Assembly: GCA_039028615.1 (NCBI GenBank)
Contig: JBCCHT010000001.1
Location: 640,001 to 704,000 of the forward strand
DNA from: Myxococcota bacterium
GTDB lineage: Bacteria > Myxococcota_A > Polyangia > Nannocystales > Nannocystaceae
Direction: 5' to 3'
DNA: 64,000 nucleotides
Both the position numbers and the translations under genes were made by a program. Shown here in pieces: positions 19,064 through 27,900 of this stretch; within the stretch, counting starts at the first letter, position 1, and the number at the start of each line of letters is the position of its first letter. The notes beneath the pieces were generated by a model. The model saw nothing but the letters and a program-made list of their open reading frames with translations. It made no database searches and was not told the origin of the DNA.

Positions 19064-19915
19064 TCAGCGGCCCGTGGGCCTGTCGCCACCCGTACGCGAC
19101 TTCCGTGCCGCGCGGGCTCGGTCGAGCGCTCGCCGGTACTGCCGCCCCATCTGTTGGATCACGAAGCTGGACGGCAGCATCCGAAAGACCATCATCCCCA
19201 CGCGGTTGAGCACGCCGGGGATGCGCAGCGCTCGTCTACGAACCATGGCCTTCACCGCATCTTTGGCGCAGACCTCGGCGTTCATCAGCAACAGGTCGGA
19301 ATCGAAGGCCGCCTCGAGCCCCGCGTCGACGTTCATCTCGGTGCGAACACCCCCGGGGCAGAAGGTAGTGACCGCCACCCCGTGCGGCGCCAGCTCGTAC
19401 TGAAGGCTGCGCCCATAGCCGACGACGAAGGCCTTCGTGCCCGCGTACGCCCCCTGGTAGGGCACCGCCTGGAGCCCGGCCAGGCTCGAGACCAAGAGCA
19501 TCGACCCGTGGCGACGCGCCACGAAGTCGCGACCCAGCTCGGTCGAGAGGCGCACGAGGCTGGTCACATTGACCGCCAGCATGCGTTCGAAGTCGGCATG
19601 GGACAGCTCGAGGTGAGGACCGAAATGCGTGATCCCGGCGTTCAGGACCACGGCTTCCACTCCCAACTCTCGGGCCCGGGCCAGGACTCGCTCGACATCG
19701 GCCGGCTGGGCGAGGTCGGCCACCACGACATCGACGTGCGCTTCGTGGAGCTGTTCGAGTTCCTCGGCCAGGGCTCGCAGCCGGTCCTCCCGGCGAGCGA
19801 CGATGATGACGTTGGCCCGATAATCTCGGGCCAACACGCGGGCGATCTCGCGTCCGATACCGGAGGAAGCGCCCGTCACCAGCGCAGTCCGTCCTTCGAG
19901 ATCGACGCGACCCAT
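19064..19915 (-). CDS. Short-chain dehydrogenase/reductase (SDR)
   Basis: TGASSGIG, LNAG, SS, YAGTK catalytic motif, CPGGVRT; true start MGRVDLEG. Confidence 0.92.
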   Translation of the reverse strand: MGRVDLEGRTALVTGASSGIGREIARVLARDYRANVIIVARREDRLRALAEELEQLHEAHVDVVVADLAQPADVERVLARARELGVEAVVLNAGITHFGPHLELSHADFERMLAVNVTSLVRLSTELGRDFVARRHGSMLLVSSLAGLQAVPYQGAYAGTKAFVVGYGRSLQYELAPHGVAVTTFCPGGVRTEMNVDAGLEAAFDSDLLLMNAEVCAKDAVKAMVRRRALRIPGVLNRVGMMVFRMLPSSFVIQQMGRQYRRALDRARAARKSRTGGDRPTGR

Positions 19916-19959
19916 GCTTCGATGTACGCAGACCCGCGGTCGCGGGTCAACCACACGGG

Positions 19960-20640
19960 TCACCCCGATGCCGTGGCGATCGTCGGTGCTCGAGCGCTCC
20001 GACCGAGGTAGGTCTGGTCCGACAAGTAGAAGCCCGCGAAGGCTTCTTCGAAGTCGCTGGCCACCGATTTGTCCGCGAGACCCGTACGAAGCATCGCCGC
20101 TTGCCACGCCTTCACCTTCGGGTACGCGGCGATAAAATCGTGCCCAGAACGGGCTTCGATGATCGAAGCCCGATGCAGCAGGGGCAGCCACGCGAGGTCG
20201 ACGTTCCCCATGATCTCGCCATTGAAGTACGGCCCCTCGCCCAGCGCCCGATCGGCCTTGGCAAACGCCTTCCCGAGCTTCCCCGAGCGCTCCTCCAGGG
20301 TCGGTGCATCCGCGCTGCGCTGCGCCGAACACTGCACGAGGTAGTGCTTCGAGGCCTGGTAGCTCCACGCCCGGTCCGCCGCGCGCTGCTCGGGCGTCCG
20401 CTCCACGAGCCGCGGGTAGACCTCGTCGAGATACTCCACGATCGCGTCCGACTCGAACAGAGCCTCGCCCCCCTCGGTGACGAGCACGGGTACTTGTCCG
20501 TTGGGAGACAAGTCGAGGAACCACTGCGGCTTGTCGCGCAGACTGATGAACTCGACGTGGTGGGGCACCCCTTTGGCCTCGAGCATCGCAGTCACGCGCT
20601 GGACGAAGGGGCAGATCTTGAAGCTGATGACTCTGAGCAT
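19960..20640 (-). CDS. Glutathione S-transferase family protein (Cys-type, omega-like)
   Basis: ICPFVQR, SPNGQVPVL, LFESDAIVEYLDE. Confidence 0.9.
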   Translation of the reverse strand: MLRVISFKICPFVQRVTAMLEAKGVPHHVEFISLRDKPQWFLDLSPNGQVPVLVTEGGEALFESDAIVEYLDEVYPRLVERTPEQRAADRAWSYQASKHYLVQCSAQRSADAPTLEERSGKLGKAFAKADRALGEGPYFNGEIMGNVDLAWLPLLHRASIIEARSGHDFIAAYPKVKAWQAAMLRTGLADKSVASDFEEAFAGFYLSDQTYLGRSARAPTIATASG

Positions 20641-20830
20641 GGTGTTCGCGTTTCCGAGCTCCGTCGGCCGGCGAGGCGCGCGGGTCTCGTTCTCCTAGAC
20701 GGGACTCCCCGCGGAAGGACGCCGATTTTCTCCGACGATCGAAAACGACGATGCCGAGGTCCCCGGGCGACCGGAAAGGTCGATCGCCGTCCAGAGACCT
20801 CGGCATCCAGAGCCGACCGGGCGCGTGGGC

Positions 20831-21787
20831 TCAGCCGGTGCTGCCCATCCCCGTGTCGCCGGAGTCGCCAGCATCGCCCCCGCCCGGCTCGCCACCGAGG
20901 AAGGTCAGCTCATCGACATAGATGTCGAAGTTCGCGCCCGGCCCGGCCTGCCAGTGGATCTCGGTCAGCGCCCCCGAGTTGAAGCTCGCGGCGACGCCCC
21001 AGCCCTCCTGCGCCAGCTGCCCCCACATGATCTCGTGGTAGGTCCAGCTATCGGAGAGCGAGACGGAGGTACCGAAGTTGTCGTGGCACATACCGGCCGC
21101 GGGATCGCAGTCGCCTCCCAGGTCCGTGGGGACCGTGGCCAGCGTGGCGATGTGCATGCGGGCCGTGCCCGTGCCGCGAGCCCAGAACCCGATGCCGTCG
21201 AAGTTGCTGGCGTCGTAGGCACAGCTTCCGGTGAAGTCGTTGTTGAGGCTGACGGCCATGGCCGCGCCCCACTCGGTGAAGCCGCTGCCCCAGGTCCGCG
21301 CCGCGTAGGCCGTGCCTTCGGCTCCGCCCTCCGAGGGGATGAAGGGATCGCCGCCCTCTTGCGTGCCGCCGGCCGAGCCGTCGTTGTAGATGAACCAGAA
21401 GCCGCGACGGCCGTCCACCATGGGGATGGTGCCGTCGGGCTCCATCGCCTCCGCGTCGATCTCGAGACCGTCGATGAAGGGGTCGCTGCCCCCGACGGGC
21501 ACGTTCGCACAGGCGGCCGGCGGTTGAGGCGGGGGCCCGTCGTCGCTGTCCGGGTTGGGTGGCGTGGTGGTGTTGGGCGGCATCGTGGTGTTGGAGGTGT
21601 CGCCTTGACCCGAACCTCCGGTGCCCTGATCCGACGATCCGTCGTCGCCGTCCGTCGCGGGCGTGGGGTTGGAGTCGATGCCCCCGCCCCCTCCCGACAA
21701 CCCGACACCGCTGTCGCCTTCCTCCCCCGGGCAACCCAAGAGCAGGAGGCTCGCTCCCAGTACTGCGCTCAGTTTCGACAATGACAT
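20831..21787 (-). CDS. CBM11-like carbohydrate-binding lipoprotein (paralog of 5184-5915)
   Basis: Lipobox LLLGC, acidic/Pro linker, DGRRGFWFIYND, YDASNFDGIGFWARG, LAQEGWG, FDIYVDELTF. Confidence 0.75.
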   Translation of the reverse strand: MSLSKLSAVLGASLLLLGCPGEEGDSGVGLSGGGGGIDSNPTPATDGDDGSSDQGTGGSGQGDTSNTTMPPNTTTPPNPDSDDGPPPQPPAACANVPVGGSDPFIDGLEIDAEAMEPDGTIPMVDGRRGFWFIYNDGSAGGTQEGGDPFIPSEGGAEGTAYAARTWGSGFTEWGAAMAVSLNNDFTGSCAYDASNFDGIGFWARGTGTARMHIATLATVPTDLGGDCDPAAGMCHDNFGTSVSLSDSWTYHEIMWGQLAQEGWGVAASFNSGALTEIHWQAGPGANFDIYVDELTFLGGEPGGGDAGDSGDTGMGSTG

Positions 21788-21801
21788 TGTTCTCCGCTCG
21801 T

Positions 21802-24645
21802 TCATGGACTCATCAACTCCTGAGGCCAGACCACCTCGCGGACGGGACCCAACTGGGCTCCGCCGTGGTTCTTGGCCTCGTAAAGGGCTTCGTCGGCCGC
21901 CCCAACCAATCGCTCGGCGATCGTCTTGAGGAGGTCCGGCGTAATCGGTTCGACACTCGGATTCGAAGAGGCGGGGCGCAGCAAGGCGGCCGCACCCACG
22001 CTGCAGCGCAGGGGCCCCTCGACGCCTTCGATCACCTCGCGGCGTGCGTGCCCGAGGATTCGCCGGGCCACACTTCGCGCGCCTTCGTGGTCGCTGTCGG
22101 GCAGGATCAACGCAAACTCGTCCCCGCCGTAGCGGGCGATCACGTCGTGGTCTCGGGTTGCTCGCCGCAGGACTCGACCCACCGCCACCAGGGCCCGGTC
22201 TCCCGCCAGGTGCCCCCCCGAGTCGTTGATCCGCTTCATGTCGTCCATGTCCACCATCAGCACACCCACCGGGCGTCGACTGGCGAACGCGGCCTCGATC
22301 TCGCGGGGCAACCACTCGTCGAAGAAGCGCCGGGCATGGACCTCGGTGAGCGGGTCCTGGGCGGCCATTTGGTAGAGCCGCGCGTTGTGGATCGCCGCGG
22401 TGGCCTGGTTGGCGAAGGTCCCGAGCAGTTCCAGGTCGTGCCACGAGACCCCGCTGCGCTCCACGTAGACCACCCCCGCCGCTTGCTTGCCCGCGACCAG
22501 GGGCACGGCCACGCCTTCTTCCATGCGACCGGTACGGCCCGCCGCGAACGCGTCGCGGATCGAGTCGAGCACGGACGCGGGCAGGGTCTCGATCGCGGTC
22601 CGGTCCTCGAATCGACCCGAGCGCGCGAGCACGGCCAGCGGTGGCGTGCCCTTCGTGCCCGCAATGGTGGGTATCTCGATGGAGGGCGCCCGATCGCCGC
22701 CGGGCGTCAGGGCGATGAATGCATGCTCGCTGCCGAGCAAGTTGGAAAGCTGCCCCAGGATGTCCCCGTACAGCTCGCTCAGCGGCCGACAGCGGACCGA
22801 CATCTGGCCGAGCGAGGCCATGGACTCGGACACCAGCATGCGCCGCTGGCCCTCTTGCAGCGCCTTGTAGGCCCGCTCGAGCTGCTCGTTGCGCTCCTCG
22901 AGGTCGCGCAGTAGCTGCTCCCGCTCGCGGTTCTTGTCGAGCACCTCCTGGACCAGCAGCGCCCCTTTGAGCGCGGCGCTGATCTGGTCGCGGAGCGCCT
23001 CGTAGATGACCCCCTCGCGCGGGCCGAACTCGAACATCGCCAGGCCCAGCTGCTCATCGCCGAAAAACAGGTTCTGCACCACGAAGCAGCGCGGCTGTAC
23101 GCCCAAGACTCCGGGCGGGGCGAGTTTTTTCGTTTCGAAGCGCGGCCGCCCCTGCACCCGCAGCGAAGGTCGCTTGGCATCGAGCGCGAGCACCATCTCC
23201 GCCTGCGCCGGGCCGTCGACGTACAGTGACAGGTAGCAGCTACGAATGCCCAAGCGGGGGAACTGCTCCGCCACTGCCTCGACCAGCGAGACCACGTCGA
23301 AGGTGTTGATGAGGGCGGCGATGGTCTGACCCAGGCTCCGCGCCCAGGCCTGGACCTGGAGTCGCTGGTGGGCCTGGGCGTGCTCGACGAGTTCCGCGAT
23401 GGCGATCCGGGCCTCCTCGCAGAGGTCTTCGACCCGCAAGCGATCGCTCTGGGCAGCACCGATGCACGACAGCGTCTCGCGGCGCAGGATCGAGATCACG
23501 TCCTGGAGACTCGAACCGTCCGTCCGCACACGCAGGGCATGGGACACGACCTCGCGTACGGTCCGGGTGAACTGGCCGCGGTGGCCTCCGCCGAGCTCAC
23601 TGGTCAGCGAGTCGAGCAATCGCGGCGCCCAGCCGTCGCCCGCGCTGCGCATCGGCGTGACCAGAGCGTGCTGCATTTCCTCGAGCGCCGCATCGCGACG
23701 GGCAGCCAGAGCCTCCGCAAAGCCCGTGTCCGAGGCCTTGCGACCGAGGTTCGCATTGCCGTTGTTGCCGTGACGCAGGCCCGACGAGCGGCGCTTGACC
23801 AGCTCGGTCGCCAACACGACCCGCCCCGAGGTCCGGTCGCCTCTCAGGCTGGCCAACAGCGACAGCGCGGCCCGCTTGCCCTGCTCGTAGAGCGGCTGCC
23901 GGACGGTGGTCAGCGGGATCTCGCAGAAGCGCGACTCCTCGATGTCGTTGAAGCCGACGACCGCAATCTCCTCCGGCACCGCAATCCCCCGCGCGAGCAA
24001 GGCGTCGAGCACCCCGATGGCCATGAGATCGTCGGCCACCGCGATCGCATCCGGCTTGGCTCCGCCATCGAGGAGCTCGGCCACCGCCGCGGCCCCTGAA
24101 GCCCGCGTGAAGTCCCCGCGCACCACCAGGGTGGGATCGATGGCCAGCCCCAGCCGCCCTACCGCGTCGAGATACGCCCGGTAGCGACGCTCGGCCTCCG
24201 CATTCACCACCGGGCCGCGCACGAACGCCACCCGACGCCGGCCGCAGTCGTGCACGAGGTGCCGCATCGCCTCCCGCATGCCGCCCTCGTTGTCGACCAG
24301 CACGTTGAACGCATCCGGGAGCTCGACCGCGACGCTGCAGATCGGCATCGGCCGGTAGCGCTCGAGGAACTCCCCCAGGGCCTTGGTCCCGACCGCGTTG
24401 GCGAGCGCCCCCGTCATCACGATCAGCCCATCGACGCTGTCCGGGCCCACCAGATCGAGCAGGACGTTGCGCCCCGACGAGGCCGGCAACGGCGATCGCA
24501 GCACCCCGGCCGCGAAGCAGCGCAGGCCTGCGCCCTGCTCTCGTGCGGCCGCGGCCGCGCCCCGCAGGACCGAGCTCTGGTACGTCGCATCCAAGGCGTC
24601 GGTCACCAGGCCGAGCACGTGGTGCTGTCTCGAAACGCCAGACAT
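21802..24645 (-). CDS. Diguanylate cyclase with N-terminal LacI-type sugar-binding domain, GAF and GGDEF
   Basis: VDNEGGMREAMRHL, GDFTRASG, DDLMAIG, VPEEIAVVGFND, LTTVRQP (Peripla_BP_3, no HTH); DPLT, MVDMDDMKRINDSGGHLAGD, RDHD I-site, RYGGDEF; start approximate (ORF open to 24789). Confidence 0.88.
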   Translation of the reverse strand: MSGVSRQHHVLGLVTDALDATYQSSVLRGAAAAAREQGAGLRCFAAGVLRSPLPASSGRNVLLDLVGPDSVDGLIVMTGALANAVGTKALGEFLERYRPMPICSVAVELPDAFNVLVDNEGGMREAMRHLVHDCGRRRVAFVRGPVVNAEAERRYRAYLDAVGRLGLAIDPTLVVRGDFTRASGAAAVAELLDGGAKPDAIAVADDLMAIGVLDALLARGIAVPEEIAVVGFNDIEESRFCEIPLTTVRQPLYEQGKRAALSLLASLRGDRTSGRVVLATELVKRRSSGLRHGNNGNANLGRKASDTGFAEALAARRDAALEEMQHALVTPMRSAGDGWAPRLLDSLTSELGGGHRGQFTRTVREVVSHALRVRTDGSSLQDVISILRRETLSCIGAAQSDRLRVEDLCEEARIAIAELVEHAQAHQRLQVQAWARSLGQTIAALINTFDVVSLVEAVAEQFPRLGIRSCYLSLYVDGPAQAEMVLALDAKRPSLRVQGRPRFETKKLAPPGVLGVQPRCFVVQNLFFGDEQLGLAMFEFGPREGVIYEALRDQISAALKGALLVQEVLDKNREREQLLRDLEERNEQLERAYKALQEGQRRMLVSESMASLGQMSVRCRPLSELYGDILGQLSNLLGSEHAFIALTPGGDRAPSIEIPTIAGTKGTPPLAVLARSGRFEDRTAIETLPASVLDSIRDAFAAGRTGRMEEGVAVPLVAGKQAAGVVYVERSGVSWHDLELLGTFANQATAAIHNARLYQMAAQDPLTEVHARRFFDEWLPREIEAAFASRRPVGVLMVDMDDMKRINDSGGHLAGDRALVAVGRVLRRATRDHDVIARYGGDEFALILPDSDHEGARSVARRILGHARREVIEGVEGPLRCSVGAAALLRPASSNPSVEPITPDLLKTIAERLVGAADEALYEAKNHGGAQLGPVREVVWPQELMSP

Positions 24646-24913
24646 CGAAAACCGCCGCGGGCCGGGGTCCGAAGGGACGAGCCCGGCCCCCGACTCCGTT
24701 GCAATAAACCGACCAGATGGCGTGCCAGCGGCAGTACGAAGCAATCGCCCGTGGTAGCGGTCCGATGCGCTCATCCCGAGCCGGGTCAAACGATTCCGTG
24801 CGGACCGAAGCGATCACCAATGCGGGCCTAAACGAACGTAGCGGCCCGCAATGGTATGGGAACGACGAGATCCGCCGGTACGCCCACACCCGGAATTCGC
24901 GGCGTGATTTGGC

Positions 24914-27900
24914 ATGATGACGGTCGTGACCTCCACGCCGAGGGTGCATCGCAGCCCACGAATCCTGCTGCACATGTCCGACCCCCAGTTCGGACGGCAC
25001 CACCGCCCCGCGACCGGGGGCACGGCGGCCGATCGCGATCACGACACGCTGTGTGCGCGGCTTCTGCAGGACCTCGCCGGGCTCGAGCACGAGGGGCAAC
25101 GAGTGCAGCCCGAGCTGGTGGTGGTGACCGGGGATCTCAGCGAGCAGGCGCGGCCCTCGGAGTTCGCCGCCTTCGAGACCTTCGCGCAGGGCTTGCTCGA
25201 GGGCCTGAGCCTGCCGCGCGAACGCCTGATCGTCGTGCCGGGCAATCACGACGTGAGCTGGGCGGGTTGCGAGGCGCACTTCAAGCAGTGCGAAGCCGAA
25301 GAGCTCGAGCCACAGGCGCCCTACTGGCCCAAGTGGCGGGGCTACACCGACCTGTTCTCGCGCCTGTACGGCGGGCCGCAGGCGCGGTTCGAGTTCAACG
25401 AAGGGCGGCCGTACTCGCTGTTCGTGTACGAGTCGCTGCGGACCGTCGTGGCGGGCCTCAACTCGACCATGCTCGAGACCCATCGGGATGGCGATCACTT
25501 CGGCTACGTCGGCGAGGACCAGCTGCGCTGGTTCTCCGAGCAGCTGCGACCCTTCATGCAGCAGGGGTGGCTGCGGATCGCGGCCGTGCACCACAACGTG
25601 CAGCGCAACTCGGTCGACGACGACGAGAACCTGCGCGACGAGCCGATGTTCAAGCAGCTCCTCGGCGAGCAAGTGAACCTGGTCCTGCACGGCCACACCC
25701 ACGACGGCACCATGGGATGGCTCGACGCTCGGGTGCCCATCCTCAGCACGGGGAGCGCCGCGGTCGAGGCCGTAGCGCGCCCGCATGGCGTGCCGTGCCA
25801 GTACCAGGTGCTGCGCATCGAGGAAGACCGCGTGCGTCGCTGGACGCGGGCGTACAACGCAGCGCATCACCGCTGGCAGGCCGACGTGGCTGCATCCGCG
25901 AGCGGCAACGAATGGGTCCACGACCATGCAGTGGCCTTCGTGGACCTGCACGGGGTGTTTCCCCCGCAGAGCGCCGAAGACGAGGTCGAGGAACCACTGC
26001 GGCTCGATCCGAGACGCGCAGCTGGGGTCCGGAGCCACGGCAGCGGGGACGACTATCTCGAGCAGCTGGCGAAGATCTGCCGATTGCAACGCGGGCACGG
26101 CGAGGTCGCGCGTCGCCACAAGGGACCGCCGTTCATCGAGTACCTCGAGGTGCGCCGCCAGCATGGCGAACACGTGGAGCTGGTGCCGATCACCGGTCGA
26201 GCCTCGGGGGTCGACGAGCAAGCGCTCGATGACTTCGCGCAACGCATCGTGCCCGCCTATCGCTCCCGTGACCCCGGCGTGCGGCCGATCTTCGTCTACG
26301 GAGGGCCACCCACGTCCGAATCGCTGGTCGAGCGCGCACGTGCGGCCGGGGTCTGGCTGCGCTCGTACGAGCAGTATTGCGGTTTGATCGACTTTCGGCG
26401 CTACCGAGCCGCGCTCGCGCAGCGGCTGGGACGCGACCAGAACTACCCCTCGGACAAGTACGTCGGGCAGCGAATGGTCGAGCACATCGGCATCGAACAA
26501 AAGCGGCACGAAGACGCGCTGGCCAGCGTGCGCCGCTGGCTCGACGACGAGCGCGGTCGCTTCGTGTTGGTGCTGGGGACCTTCGGGACCGGCAAGACCT
26601 TCCTGCTCCGCGAGCTGGCGCGACGCCTCGCCGCCGAAGACGGGGCCGTAGTGCCGATCTTGGTCGAGATGCGGAGCCTCGAAAAAGGCTTACGACTCGA
26701 GCAGCTGTTGGCCCAGCACTTTGCCCTGCACGACGTCGAGGACTACAGCCCCGCCCGATTCATGCGCATGCTCGAGGACGGCCGGGTGGTGCTGCTCTTC
26801 GACGGCTTCGACGAGCTGGTGGTGCGCTCGACCTACGCGCGAGCGGCCGAGCACTTCGAGACGATCGTGTCCGCCGCACGAGGACGGGCCAAGGTCGTGG
26901 TGACCAGCCGACGACAGCACTTCTTGTCGGATCACCAGGCCAAGGAGGCCGTGCGACAGATGCTGATGCAGAAGGTCGAACTCGTGCCCGGGCATCGAGT
27001 GGTGACCTTGCTGCCCTTCGAGGACGACCAGATTCAGCGATTCTTGGCGTGGCACCTGGGCGACGAAGCGGCGGCGCAGGAGCGGATGAAGCTCATCGCG
27101 GAGGTGCGGGACCTGTCGGGGTTGAGCACCAACCCTCGCATGCTCGGGTTCATCGCGGCGCTGACCGAGACCGAGCTGCGAGCGGCGCGAGACCAGCAAG
27201 GATCGGTGAGTGCGGCGCGGCTGTACGAGTCGCTGCTCACGCGGTGGTTGGCGTTCGAGCATGACCGTCGGCACCCGCGAGGCGCGGCGCCGGGGCTCTC
27301 GGTGGATACGCGATGGGACGCCGTGACCGAGCTGGCCGAGCGGATGTGGACGCAGGGTGAGCATCAAGTCGGCGTGGCCGAGCTCGAGCAGCTGGGGGAG
27401 GTGCTGACCGAGCTGGCGAAAGGGAGCCGGCAAGAAGCTGGGTTTCAGATCGGCTCGGGCACGTTGTTGGTGCGTGACGAGGAGGGGCGCTTTTCGTTCA
27501 TTCACGAGTCCGTGATGGAGTGGTTGGTGGCGCGGGCGGCAGCGGAGGCGCTGGCCGACGATGAAGCGCCGCCGCTGCTCGGGCGCGGGAAGATGTCGCA
27601 ATTGCTGGCCGATTTTTTGATCGATCTGGCGGGCGCGAAGACGGTCGAGGCGTGGTCGGATCGGGCGCTGGCAGCCAATATGGGCACGGCGACGGCCGAC
27701 AATGCGCTGCTCGTGCGACGGCGGCTGGAGGTCGCGGGATTGATCGCGCCCCAGGCGGTTGCGGGCGAGGTGGACCTGCGAAGGCTCGAGCTCGAGGGGC
27801 GAGACCTGTCGGGGCAGCGACTGGCGCGGGCGAAGCTGACGGGTGCCGATCTGCGCGGGGCAAACTTGCGGCGGACGGTGCTGACGGGGGCGTTGCTCGA

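Noticed and set aside
19064..20806. 580-aa ORF suggesting an extended SDR fusion
   Set aside because: The upstream part is an off-frame read through the GST gene; the SDR starts at 19915.
24712..24727. Minus-strand TGGCACGCCATCTGGT upstream of the DGC as a sigma54 promoter
   Set aside because: The -24 box is good, but -12 is GG rather than GC and the gene start is uncertain.
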